A DNA stretch of 64,000 nucleotides from positions 64,001 to 128,000 of the forward strand of contig JBMNIF010000002.1 of assembly GCA_050950765.1 (NCBI GenBank). The letters are read 5' to 3'. This DNA comes from Bdellovibrionota bacterium (lineage in GTDB: Bacteria > Bdellovibrionota_C > UBA2361 > JAAYZI01). Numbering within the stretch: the first letter of the stretch is position 1; every line of letters starts with the position of its first letter. This document shows positions 42,117 through 52,103 of the stretch, one piece after another. The notes under the pieces were generated by a model. That model was not told where the DNA came from. It did not search any database and was given only the letters and a program-made list of their open reading frames with translations. The position numbers and the translations under genes were made by a program.

Positions 42117-43316
42117 TTAATTACCATCTGACGACTCAAAAGTATCAGACGGTTTCGGCAATAATTTTCTCCCCCTTCTTGTATCGACACTATCCAATAA
42201 GATCAACTCCTGAGCGATAACAGGATCGTATGGGAGCTCTCCCAAGAGCGGCATATCAAGTTGATCAGAGATATAGTACGGCGATATAAATGTCCCTCGT
42301 TTAAACTCCAAGAACGCCACAACTATCGCAGATAAGAGCATTCCAACCATTGCGCCAAACGCTATAAAGATTAATTTATTAGGGAATACTGGACTAGCAG
42401 GTAAAGCTGGTTGTTCTGTAATTGAAAAATACGAGACATTACCCCTATTTTTTTCAATATCAAGCACAATATCGATATTAGTAATCTTTTTAAGTAATTC
42501 ATCATATACTTCGCGCACAGGTTTTTGAGCAGAGTCTGCTAAAAACATCGCCGCAGTTGTGTTATCTTTTGCAACTTCCTGTGGCTGAGGCAGCGCCTGA
42601 TAACGCTCCCTTAATATCTTCGCCTTAGCACGTAGCCTCTGAACCTCCGGATGCTTGTCCGTAAAGTGTTGCAGTAATAGCGCGATATCACCCTCTATCT
42701 TTTCTAACTCTTTTTTTACCTTAACTACATTACGAGAGGGTCCACTTTCTTCAGAATCTGCCAACACCTTTCCCAGCCGTATGATATGATTTTCAATAGC
42801 TGCACGGGTAGAAAGCAATGTGTCATTACGTTGCTTTATAACCACCTTTTCCATCTGCTTTATAACAGCTTTTGTCATATCCAAAGCTTTCTGCCTATCA
42901 CCTGCTACAACGGAAACTTGAAAGGCATTCGCTCCAATTCCAAAAAGATCGATCCTCTTAAGCAACTTCTCTCGCTCAAGAGCGTGCTGCTCTCTCGAGA
43001 CTCCACCGGAGAACTCTCCAAAATCTTTACCAAAATCATCAATAAACTCTAAGGTTAAGGCCTGCTGTAAGAGAGCTTGTCTTTGCCCCTTTAATTCACT
43101 TGGATCATAGACATCGGTAATTAAACTATTTACTAACGGATTCTGAAAATAACTAGCTTGAATGCTGATAACACCTTTAGACTTATACCGCTTCGGCAGA
43201 ACATAAGTTAAAGCCGTTGCGATGCCGATACAAAATCCGGAGATCAAGAAGATAGTCCAGAAATTTCTCAACAGGAGTGCAAATATGTCGCGAAAATCTA
43301 TTGTCTGCTCGTCCAT
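42117..43316 (-). CDS. Polysaccharide co-polymerase (Wzz/GumC-like)
   Basis: Two TM helices flanking a coiled coil; FTDKHPEV; PALPASPVFPN. Confidence 0.85.
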   Translation of the reverse strand: MDEQTIDFRDIFALLLRNFWTIFLISGFCIGIATALTYVLPKRYKSKGVISIQASYFQNPLVNSLITDVYDPSELKGQRQALLQQALTLEFIDDFGKDFGEFSGGVSREQHALEREKLLKRIDLFGIGANAFQVSVVAGDRQKALDMTKAVIKQMEKVVIKQRNDTLLSTRAAIENHIIRLGKVLADSEESGPSRNVVKVKKELEKIEGDIALLLQHFTDKHPEVQRLRAKAKILRERYQALPQPQEVAKDNTTAAMFLADSAQKPVREVYDELLKKITNIDIVLDIEKNRGNVSYFSITEQPALPASPVFPNKLIFIAFGAMVGMLLSAIVVAFLEFKRGTFISPYYISDQLDMPLLGELPYDPVIAQELILLDSVDTRRGRKLLPKPSDTFESSDGN

Positions 43317-43972
43317 CCGCCCATCACTCCTGCATTATAAACAGCACCTAAGGGACGGATCCCGTATCGGTGCAATTTACCGGTTACTCTTCTGACCGAA
43401 GATCTATCCAAGGACTTGGGAGATGTAATTAAAATTGAAGCATCAACATGTTGAGCCACAATAACCGGATCCACCAAATCATCATTCAGATCCGACATCG
43501 CACAAGTATCAACGAACACAATATCGTAACTATCTGCGAACTTATCAATATAAGAGGAGATCTGAAAATCCGGACTAATTGCACGCCGATCCATTAAATC
43601 AGACCTCGCTGTAATCAGATCAATACGGCACGACTCTCCAAGCTCATATTTATTAAGCCTAACGGGTAAGTGAATCCCAATAATAGATTTTAATAAGGTA
43701 TTACCACTTTTTGATTGAGGAACTGTGTTTACAACAAGAACCCTCCCCGGTAAAAAACGCGCATAAGCTAACGCCAAAGCCGCCGTAAAAAAAGTTTTTC
43801 CCTCCTTCGGATACTCACTTAAAATAGCCAAACTCCGAAAATTTCTACTAGCTTGAGCAGTTAAAATCTGATTAATCAATCGTTTTATCTCGGTACGTTT
43901 GATAAAAGAATTCAAGGATTCAATGATCCCTTTATTCTCATCATCAACAATTCCGACATCAAATCTTTTCAT
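43298..43972 (-). CDS. Stand-alone BY-kinase-like ATPase (CpsD/CapB, Wzc C-terminal-like)
   Basis: Walker A-like PKEGKT, DIVFVDT, GAVYN. Confidence 0.75.
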   Translation of the reverse strand: MKRFDVGIVDDENKGIIESLNSFIKRTEIKRLINQILTAQASRNFRSLAILSEYPKEGKTFFTAALALAYARFLPGRVLVVNTVPQSKSGNTLLKSIIGIHLPVRLNKYELGESCRIDLITARSDLMDRRAISPDFQISSYIDKFADSYDIVFVDTCAMSDLNDDLVDPVIVAQHVDASILITSPKSLDRSSVRRVTGKLHRYGIRPLGAVYNAGVMGGWTSRQ

Positions 43973-43984
43973 CAGATTTCCTTT

Positions 43985-45025
43985 CTACAATGCCGCTCCC
44001 GCAATCACGCTGGTCGCCAGAGCGCCAACCACGGATGTGAAGTTTGAAATCAAGTTCTTCGGCTTTTCCACATGTACTACTATAATATCACCACCGTAAA
44101 TGGGAGGAATCTTATTGACATCTTTCATCTTAAAAAAGATTGATTCTCTTCCGTTTGCAGTAACCCTGATAATCTCTAAATTATTAAGGTCGGCGTTGTC
44201 TTTCGGGCCACCAGCTTTGGAAAGATAAAAGAAGAAATCAGAATCATTTTCATAGATATACTCACCAGGGGAGCCGACCTGCCCAAGGATCTGCACATAA
44301 TTTTTCCCAGCAGCACTTGCAGAAGTTGCATCAGCACCCTCACTCTGGAAAAAGACTTTATCACCACCACGCCAAGCAGGAATTAGCCCTTGAGCTCCCG
44401 CATAATATTCTGAAAGGCGCACCAAACGAGAAGAGCCTTCCTGATTAATGTTAATATATTTTGCAGCATACTCTCCTGTATTGCCCTGCATTAAAACTAA
44501 ACCTCCCGCACTTGCAATCAATTCGTCGATCGTACTGTTATCTTTCATCAAAAAACGCCCTGGTTTAACTACTAAACCACCAACCTCTACATAACGATCT
44601 CTTTCTGCTATGGAGATCGTCAGATCGGGAGTTCCTACAAAATAAGGGCGATAGGCATCAGTAATCCTCTTCTTCAACTCAGGAAAAGAGATCCCTCCAG
44701 CATTAACCGTAACATCATAAGGAAGTTCTAAGCGACCATCAAAATCAACGCGATATTTTCCCTTTAAACTCTTATCATCTTCTGTGCTGATCTTAATCAA
44801 GAATCCAGGGGCGATCTCATCCTTTAAGCGCTGAGCAGGCAAGGCAGCTACGGGTGTCTTGCTTGCAGCGTTATTAACTCGCTGCGTATTTCTGGCGATA
44901 GCGCGTTCCACCTCTAAATCACTTTGAGTTGATTCTTTATTTAAAGAACACGCCGAAAAGGAAAAAACCACCAATATAAAAAGAGCACATGTGGTGCACT
45001 TCTTTATCGTTTTTGCTATCTTCAT
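43985..45025 (-). CDS. Polysaccharide export lipoprotein Wza-like (Poly_export plus SLBB domains)
   Basis: Lipobox FSAC; GLVVKPG, GQVGSPG and AGG SLBB motifs. Confidence 0.85.
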   Translation of the reverse strand: MKIAKTIKKCTTCALFILVVFSFSACSLNKESTQSDLEVERAIARNTQRVNNAASKTPVAALPAQRLKDEIAPGFLIKISTEDDKSLKGKYRVDFDGRLELPYDVTVNAGGISFPELKKRITDAYRPYFVGTPDLTISIAERDRYVEVGGLVVKPGRFLMKDNSTIDELIASAGGLVLMQGNTGEYAAKYININQEGSSRLVRLSEYYAGAQGLIPAWRGGDKVFFQSEGADATSASAAGKNYVQILGQVGSPGEYIYENDSDFFFYLSKAGGPKDNADLNNLEIIRVTANGRESIFFKMKDVNKIPPIYGGDIIVVHVEKPKNLISNFTSVVGALATSVIAGAAL

Positions 45026-45273
45026 TATCCCCCTCTGAAAGTTACGCAAAAAAGTAATCAGTTCCAAAAAAACATAATATTATCTACAAAATAACAACTT
45101 CGCCGCACACATCGTCGACGTTTTTTTCCTCCTTCTGTTTTTTAAACTCAACTATAAAATATCAAACGTTCTATAAATTTTATAATTGTATTACTTTTTC
45201 GTCTGAAACCAATCAAAGCTAAATAATCTTTTGCTTCACAACTTAATGGAGAACTTAATAATATAGTTATTAA

Positions 45274-46425
45274 TTACGATATTTTACTATATATTGTAGT
45301 CAAATTTCTTAGCCATTGTACACCACTGAAGGTATCTTTGACCCGTTCTTGAAATTTAATAGCAAACTGTTCTCTAAAATGCGGATCAGAGATCATCTTT
45401 GCTAATCGTTTTGCCATCTTATTCTCAGGATCAGTAGGAGAAACTAAAGCCGTCTCTTCATCCCAATTAATCAGATCACAAATCCCATCAACTGCCGTAC
45501 AAAAAACAGGAGTCCCTGCCCAAGCAGCTTCAAGTAAATTAATAGGCAATCCCTCCGCATCCGACATCGAAAAAAGGAGATCGAAGCCCGCCATTTCAGA
45601 ACCGAGTTTCTGTCGATACCCCATCCACCGTAAATGCTTTGCAATTCCGAGATCGTTAGCTAACTGTTTTAAGGGATATTCGTAGTTACCCTTTCCGAAA
45701 ATAAGCAGAACCCACTCGGGCACGCCCTCTATCTCCATCAGTGATTTTAGCACCTTAAAAATACGATCCAGCCCCTTCTCAGAAGAAATTCGTCCAGCAT
45801 ATCCTAGAATAAGTGTACCTTCTTTTATTCCAAGATTAGTTATCCCCCATTTTTCACGAACTTCAGTAGCCGCACCCTCTCTCTCTTCAGGTCTAATTAA
45901 AGCTCTATCTACCCCGTTAAGGTGCAAGAATACCTTCTCTTCAGGCAAGCCCCGTTTTATCAATAACTCTCTATCACTACTACAAACCGCAAGCACACCA
46001 TCGTATTGCGGTAAAATACAGTGCACATAAAACTGCTCCAGTAATTTGATCTTCCAGCCACGTCGCGCACGCACACCGTGGTGCGTTGAAACAAGTTTCG
46101 GCGCACAATCTTTTAATTTTTTTACCGCCCAAAGGGTATAGGCAGAAGCTTTAACATCGTGCGCATGAAGTATCTGCGGTTTTATCTCTTCTAAAAGATC
46201 CCTTAACGTCTTAATAGCACCCCTATCAAAACGACTTCTTACAATAATCTCATGTACCGTTAATCCGAACTGACGTGCATATTCAACAGGGGCACGTCCC
46301 TCCTCTCCCTTCCTCGCTTCAGTTAATATGATTACTTGAACTGGCTGCCCTAACTTAGGAAGCGCTGGAATGACCAACGTTTCTGGACCACTTACAATAG
46401 ATGAATTAAAAACATGAACTATCAT
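45274..46425 (-). CDS. GT4 glycosyltransferase
   Basis: GRISSEKG, EGLPINLLEA. Confidence 0.9.
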   Translation of the reverse strand: MIVHVFNSSIVSGPETLVIPALPKLGQPVQVIILTEARKGEEGRAPVEYARQFGLTVHEIIVRSRFDRGAIKTLRDLLEEIKPQILHAHDVKASAYTLWAVKKLKDCAPKLVSTHHGVRARRGWKIKLLEQFYVHCILPQYDGVLAVCSSDRELLIKRGLPEEKVFLHLNGVDRALIRPEEREGAATEVREKWGITNLGIKEGTLILGYAGRISSEKGLDRIFKVLKSLMEIEGVPEWVLLIFGKGNYEYPLKQLANDLGIAKHLRWMGYRQKLGSEMAGFDLLFSMSDAEGLPINLLEAAWAGTPVFCTAVDGICDLINWDEETALVSPTDPENKMAKRLAKMISDPHFREQFAIKFQERVKDTFSGVQWLRNLTTIYSKIS

Positions 46426-46518
46426 TAACTATCTATAACTAAAGTTCTTACAATTGAACAACAACTTTTTACGTTTAAAAACGTTCCGTAAACACAAAGG
46501 TAAAATTACGTCCAACGC

Positions 46519-47271
46519 TTAAAGGTGCTCCGTTAATATAAAGGTAAAATTACGTCCAACGCTTTTCTGATCCCGTCGGTATGAATTATAGTGCGGATCT
46601 TCTACCGTACAGATCCCGCAATTGTGTAAGGTAGCCTCTCTCGTAACGTCGTATACTTGTGTTGTAATAGCTTTAAACATATCTACATAATAGTGTTTGT
46701 CATCATTACCAGCACAGGAAAACTCAACACCGATAGCTGATCTAACATCATCCATAACTTCAAAACACTTTGCACAGATATGCGGCCCAACCACAACCTG
46801 CACTGCTTTATCGGCGCTCTCTTTTAAAACTGCCTCAACTGCCTTTTTTACAATCCCAGATGCCACACCACGCCACCCTGCATGCACAAGTGCTAAACGG
46901 GAACTCCCCTTTATAATTACAGGTAAACAATCTGCTGTACGAATGATCGCTAAAAACGGTACCTGCTGTTTTTGATTAAAGACAAAGGCATCGCCGTTAA
47001 GTTTCTTTCCTGATAAAACACCTTGTCTGATCTTTTCTATCCCGCACTTATCAACATCTATCACATCAGAGCTATGAATTTGATTAAGCTCCAAAGAGAT
47101 ATCTGTTTTAAAGATGGCGCTAAGATCCTCACGCAGAGTAGCATCTTCCGCACCTCCCTGATAACGCCCTAAAAAACCGTGTACAACCCCACTCTCTACT
47201 AAAGGTTGTGAAAAGTAATGGGGGATCCCCTTTTTTAAAAAAGTATCAGCAACAATTTTAATATCGATCAT
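46519..47271 (-). CDS. pgeF: Peptidoglycan editing factor / purine nucleoside phosphorylase (YfiH/PgeF family)
   Basis: QIHS, TADCLPV, HAGWRG, SYRR; downstream of rluD. Confidence 0.88.
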   Translation of the reverse strand: MIDIKIVADTFLKKGIPHYFSQPLVESGVVHGFLGRYQGGAEDATLREDLSAIFKTDISLELNQIHSSDVIDVDKCGIEKIRQGVLSGKKLNGDAFVFNQKQQVPFLAIIRTADCLPVIIKGSSRLALVHAGWRGVASGIVKKAVEAVLKESADKAVQVVVGPHICAKCFEVMDDVRSAIGVEFSCAGNDDKHYYVDMFKAITTQVYDVTREATLHNCGICTVEDPHYNSYRRDQKSVGRNFTFILTEHL

Positions 47272-47296
47272 CTAACTCTCTTACATTTATAAAAAG

Positions 47297-48274
47297 CTAC
47301 GGAGAAAAGCTCCTAAAAGTCGTCAATAAATCTTCAAAATCAGTAGGGAGTTGAGCCTCTATCAGTAACGGTTTATGAGTTAACGGATGTTCAAACTCAA
47401 CTTTTTTAGCATGTAACGCCTGCCTACCGAAACGATCCGCTGCCCTTTTTAATTCTAGCGGTAGACCACTAGTATCTCCATACAAACGGTCTCCTATTAA
47501 CGGCGAGTTAAGATAATCCATATGGACACGGATCTGATGGGTACGCCCTGTTTTTAAAACAACATCCAGTAGAGTAGCATAGGCTAAACTTTCTAACCTC
47601 TGCCAAGAAGTGATCGCCTCCTTTCCACCATCAGGCAAGACCGCCATCTTACGCCAATTCTTAGGATGTCGTCCCATCCTAGTTATAACCTCACCAGAAT
47701 CTTCGATCTGAACTGGACGCTTAGCTCGTGGAGTTGTAAAAACCAACGCTGCATAAGTCTTTTTTATCCTTCTTTCAGCAAATAACGCCACCAGCGCTGT
47801 TTGCATTTCAACATTTTTAGCTACAAGGACAACCCCTGTCGTATCTTTATCGAGTCGATGCACAATTCCAGAGCGCGGCGGAAGGTGCCTACCTTGAAAA
47901 TAGTGACACAATCCATTTAAAAGAGTCGGTACTTGTGGACCCGCCCCTGGGTGCATACTTAATCCCGCCTGCTTATTAATTGCTAAGAGATCATCATCTT
48001 CATATAAGATATCAAGGGGGATCGCTAGCGGTTTAGGCTCCGATAAATTCATCACTGGAACGTTTATCGTTACCACCTGATTATCTTTTAGAATAGTTCC
48101 CGCTTTTAAAACTTTTTTCTGATCAAGTGTCACACGTCCGGCTTCTATCCAATTTTTTAATTGAGAACGTGACAACGAAGAGAGCTCCGTTTCATCACTA
48201 AAATAATCCAACAACGCTAAATCCAGACGCTCTCCACCGACAGTGACATTAAAAGATCGAAATTCATCACTCAT
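47297..48274 (-). CDS. rluD: 23S rRNA pseudouridine synthase RluD
   Basis: S4 domain, HRLDKDTTG, TGRTHQIRVH, QALHA. Confidence 0.9.
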   Translation of the reverse strand: MSDEFRSFNVTVGGERLDLALLDYFSDETELSSLSRSQLKNWIEAGRVTLDQKKVLKAGTILKDNQVVTINVPVMNLSEPKPLAIPLDILYEDDDLLAINKQAGLSMHPGAGPQVPTLLNGLCHYFQGRHLPPRSGIVHRLDKDTTGVVLVAKNVEMQTALVALFAERRIKKTYAALVFTTPRAKRPVQIEDSGEVITRMGRHPKNWRKMAVLPDGGKEAITSWQRLESLAYATLLDVVLKTGRTHQIRVHMDYLNSPLIGDRLYGDTSGLPLELKRAADRFGRQALHAKKVEFEHPLTHKPLLIEAQLPTDFEDLLTTFRSFSP

Positions 48275-48285
48275 ATCTCTTTTAT

Positions 48286-49242
48286 TTATCTTGCTAAGAA
48301 AAACTTTTTTGCTCTTTCTAGGTCAATCTTGATCTGCCTTTTTAACTCTTCCTGATCTGCAAAAGCCACTTCATCTCTAAGCCGATCTAAAAATTCAACC
48401 TGAATTCTTTTAGAATACAGATTAAGTACCTTATCTGTCAAAAAGTGTGTCTCAACACTCCTTAACTCTCTTTTAAAAGTTGGGCAAAATCCGATGTTAG
48501 TAATTGAATCATACGTTTCGCCAAGAAAGTGACTTTGCGTTAAATAAACACCATCACGTGGAACGATCTGTTCATTCTCTTTTAAATTAGCTGTTGGGAA
48601 ACCTATTTTCTGCCCGACCTGCTCTCCACTAACTACATACGAATCAAGTATAAAGTTCCTTCCAAGTAACGGCTTAACATCTTTTACAGCACCTGTCCTA
48701 AGTAAACCACGTATCCTCTCTGAACTGATACGCATATCATCTACCAAGATCTGCGAGACAACACTTAAAGAGCGTCCTAATTCCGCAAATTTTTTACTAA
48801 GAAAAGGCACATCTCCTTCTCTGCCATAACCAAAGGCAGCATCCTCCCCTACCACCAAAGTTTCAACATTTAACTCATTGATTAAAACTTTATTAATAAA
48901 ATCAAGAGCAGTACAACGACTAAATGCCGGTGTAAAATGCACCATATATAGGATATCTATCCCATATTCAGACAAGATCTCTAAACGTTGCCTCAAGGAA
49001 GTGATAAGTTTTAAATGTGGATTTTTTCCCAGCACGACAGCTGGATGAGGATGAAAACTGATAGCTATCGAGGTTGCTTTTTCCCCAGCATCACAATACT
49101 TATTTTTGATCTCTAATACTCTGGACAACAACGCTAAGTGCCCTAAGTGTAAACCATCAAAGCTACCTATCGTTGCCACAACGGGCGTACCTATTTGAGG
49201 TAATCTGGTTGTTCCTCTGACTACTAACGTTTGTACCATCAA
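48286..49242 (-). CDS. ribF: Riboflavin kinase/FAD synthetase
   Basis: GSFDGLHLGH, ISSERIR, GFPTAN, ETH. Confidence 0.95.
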   Translation of the reverse strand: MMVQTLVVRGTTRLPQIGTPVVATIGSFDGLHLGHLALLSRVLEIKNKYCDAGEKATSIAISFHPHPAVVLGKNPHLKLITSLRQRLEILSEYGIDILYMVHFTPAFSRCTALDFINKVLINELNVETLVVGEDAAFGYGREGDVPFLSKKFAELGRSLSVVSQILVDDMRISSERIRGLLRTGAVKDVKPLLGRNFILDSYVVSGEQVGQKIGFPTANLKENEQIVPRDGVYLTQSHFLGETYDSITNIGFCPTFKRELRSVETHFLTDKVLNLYSKRIQVEFLDRLRDEVAFADQEELKRQIKIDLERAKKFFLAR

Positions 49243-49252
49243 TCAAAGCGCA

Positions 49253-49969
49253 CTAACGCAGATCTGCTAACCTTTGTTTAGCCTGCTCTGCCTCAACTGA
49301 CTGAGGATAATCATTGATTAATTTTCTAAAGGTTAGATCTGCTGTTCTCGAATCGCCCATTCTAATAAAAACAGATCCTTGACGTAACAGAGCAAGAGCC
49401 TTGCGTGTTTGCCCTGTTGGCATTGCAACTATCGCTCCGTAAGTCTCAAGCGCTCTTCTATTATCACCCAACCCTTCAAGAGCAACACCACGCCAGAAAA
49501 GCAGGTGTACAGAACCTTCTGCGCTACCGTTTCTGTCATAAGCTTCTTGTAAAAGCGGCAAAGCATCTTGGAAACGACCGTCTCTAATAAGTTGCAGAGC
49601 TGACATAAAGGTCTTCCCTACCTCTGTATTAGGAAGGGTGGCGGCGTAAGCCTCATCCTCATTTAACGTCGCAACAGGAACTATTGCAGGGGGGTCTTTT
49701 TTAATTAGACTATTAACATTATCAGTTAACGCTGTCGGGCTTCCGCCTAGCTGGGCACGTTGAAGATACTCTAAGTTCTCAACACGCCCAACCAGACCCC
49801 GTAATTCATTACGAATTGACTCCAATTCACTCGTTTGCTCAGCTTGAAACGTACGAACATCAGACATAGATCTCTGCACCCGATTTAAATCGTTCTTAAC
49901 GTCACGCCCAGAATTTGTGCAAGACGAAAGAGGTAACAATAAGATGAGAAGAAAACTATACTTTTTCAT
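49253..49969 (-). CDS. cpoB: Tol-Pal associated coiled-coil/TPR protein CpoB (YbgF)
   Basis: Lipobox, coiled coil, TPRs ending LINDYPQS; follows pal. Confidence 0.8.
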   Translation of the reverse strand: MKKYSFLLILLLPLSSCTNSGRDVKNDLNRVQRSMSDVRTFQAEQTSELESIRNELRGLVGRVENLEYLQRAQLGGSPTALTDNVNSLIKKDPPAIVPVATLNEDEAYAATLPNTEVGKTFMSALQLIRDGRFQDALPLLQEAYDRNGSAEGSVHLLFWRGVALEGLGDNRRALETYGAIVAMPTGQTRKALALLRQGSVFIRMGDSRTADLTFRKLINDYPQSVEAEQAKQRLADLR

Positions 49970-50004
49970 ACAAGCTAAGATCCCGATGACTTTAAAATCA
50001 ACTC

Positions 50005-50448
50005 TTACTTAACTACGAAGTGATCTCTTCTATTCTTTGCCCATGCTTCTTCAGTGTGTGCAGGATCAAGAGGAAGATCTTCACCATAACTAATTGTGCT
50101 CATACGAGAAGCATCAACTCCAAGAGAGATGAGATACTCCATCGCGGAATTGGCACGACGAGATCCAAGTGCCATGTTGTACTCATTGGTTCCACGCTCA
50201 TCGCAATGTCCCTCAATGGTAACACTCGCTTCCGGATTAGCCTTTAACCACTCGGCATGAGCTTGTAAGGTCTCTTTTGATTTATCACACAAAGAATATG
50301 AGTCAAAAGCAAAGAAGATATCTTCCAAAACAGATTCTTCACCAGCTACTGGAATAGCAGCATCATCAGCAATTTCACGAGTACGGCATGAGCAGCCAGA
50401 TACGGCGAACAAGCACAATACGATGAAAACAAATTTTAACGTACGCAT
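50005..50448 (-). CDS. pal: Peptidoglycan-associated lipoprotein
   Basis: IEGHCDERGTNEYNMALGSRRA, SYGE, KNRR. Confidence 0.95.
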   Translation of the reverse strand: MRTLKFVFIVLCLFAVSGCSCRTREIADDAAIPVAGEESVLEDIFFAFDSYSLCDKSKETLQAHAEWLKANPEASVTIEGHCDERGTNEYNMALGSRRANSAMEYLISLGVDASRMSTISYGEDLPLDPAHTEEAWAKNRRDHFVVK

Positions 50449-50712
50449 AACAATTCTCCTAATGCTAAAAAGCCCGGTGTGGCGATCTTTCTCGTCACAT
50501 CGGAGCCAAAAATCTCTCACCGATAGCCACTTAGATCTACCTTCTAAAAAACTAAGGTTTAACTAACAAGATCTTGAGCGACTCAGGTAAACGGGGAAAC
50601 AATCCTTCTAACTTTCTAATACTTTAGATTTGCATAAGAATCAACAACTCTTATGAAATTTTATTATCTTTTTACGTTTTTTTTATGACGAAGAAGGAAC
50701 TTCTCTCGTAAA

Positions 50713-52011
50713 TCAACGCACCACAGGTCCCCAAGCCGGTTCTGTATCACTACCATGCCCATGCGTGAGTTGGGTGATATTACCACCGTCATTACGCATC
50801 ATAGCGATGTTAAAGCCTGCCTTACGTCCAAAAGTCGAAGCAAAAACTAGATACCTCCCATCGGGAGACCAGTCCGGATCTTCATTATCACCATATGAAG
50901 TAAGTTGCAAAGCGTTCATCCCTGTTACATCAGAGACAAACACCTGAAACGCCCCATCAGCTCTACACACATACGCTATCTTATCTCCTTTTGGCGACCA
51001 AGCAGGAGAAGTGCAATAAGATGAGGTCACGTAACTGATACGCTTAACGTTAGATCCATCACTATTCATAATATATATCTGCGGACTACCAGCTCTATCA
51101 GAACAGAAAGTAATTTTAGAACCATCAGGGGAGTAATCGGGAGAAACATCGATAGCACGCGACCCACTTGTTAACTTTCTCAAGATACTTCCGCTACGAT
51201 TCATCATAACGATATCAGATTCTCTTCCCACAGAACGTGAAAGTAAGATATTCCTTCCATCTGGAGTATACACAGCACCGATCTCTAAGGCGCTCCCCCT
51301 CGTCAACCTCTGAATACGACGATTTGCTGGATTTAAAGCGTATACCTCCGGCACCCTATCTCTATAAGTCGTGTAAAGCAGCTCCGTTCCAAATTGATTC
51401 CACGATGCAGAGATCGCCAGCCCCTTATCATTTGTAAGTTGTCTGACATTACTCCCATCCATATCCATTACGAACAGCTCTTTAAAACGTCCGACTTTAC
51501 CAGAAAACACGATCTGACTTCCAAAAACCCCCTCTTCTCCAGTGAAAAACTTCAGAATTTCATTAGCAAATTTATGAGCCATGCTTCGTATCTGAGCAGG
51601 CTCTCCAACATACTCCTTCCCGAGCACTACACGTTGCCTCTGCACATCATGCAAAAAGAGGGAGACTCGAACATTAGCATTAGCCACCTCAACAACGCCC
51701 TTCACCAACCCTTCAACCCCGATCACGCTCCAATCAGAATAGGCAAATCCTTCCGGCCCATCACACTTACCAGGTGTCTCAATAAAAGAATTAGGATTTA
51801 AGATCTCAAAATATCCGGAGAGCTTAAGGTCTTTCGCTATAACTTGTGGAATTTCCTTAGCAGCGGGGCTATCGCCACCTTTTAAACATAACTGTGGCAA
51901 CGCGATCGGATACAATCGTCCAGCTCCCTGCACATTCAATCTAGTCTGCGCAAAAGCAGAAACAGGGAAGATAAAGCACACCAAAAAAACCAAAGATAAT
52001 AACTTTTTCAT
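50713..52011 (-). CDS. tolB: Tol-Pal beta-propeller protein
   Basis: TolB_N domain plus PD40 repeats (SPDG). Confidence 0.93.
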   Translation of the reverse strand: MKKLLSLVFLVCFIFPVSAFAQTRLNVQGAGRLYPIALPQLCLKGGDSPAAKEIPQVIAKDLKLSGYFEILNPNSFIETPGKCDGPEGFAYSDWSVIGVEGLVKGVVEVANANVRVSLFLHDVQRQRVVLGKEYVGEPAQIRSMAHKFANEILKFFTGEEGVFGSQIVFSGKVGRFKELFVMDMDGSNVRQLTNDKGLAISASWNQFGTELLYTTYRDRVPEVYALNPANRRIQRLTRGSALEIGAVYTPDGRNILLSRSVGRESDIVMMNRSGSILRKLTSGSRAIDVSPDYSPDGSKITFCSDRAGSPQIYIMNSDGSNVKRISYVTSSYCTSPAWSPKGDKIAYVCRADGAFQVFVSDVTGMNALQLTSYGDNEDPDWSPDGRYLVFASTFGRKAGFNIAMMRNDGGNITQLTHGHGSDTEPAWGPVVR

Positions 52012-52103
52012 AATCTTTTATTCCGTACTTAAAAAAGAGACCTTACGGCAAAACCCTCTCTCATTTGTATCAAGATGAAAGATGCGAGGAAAGAGATTAA
52101 CCG

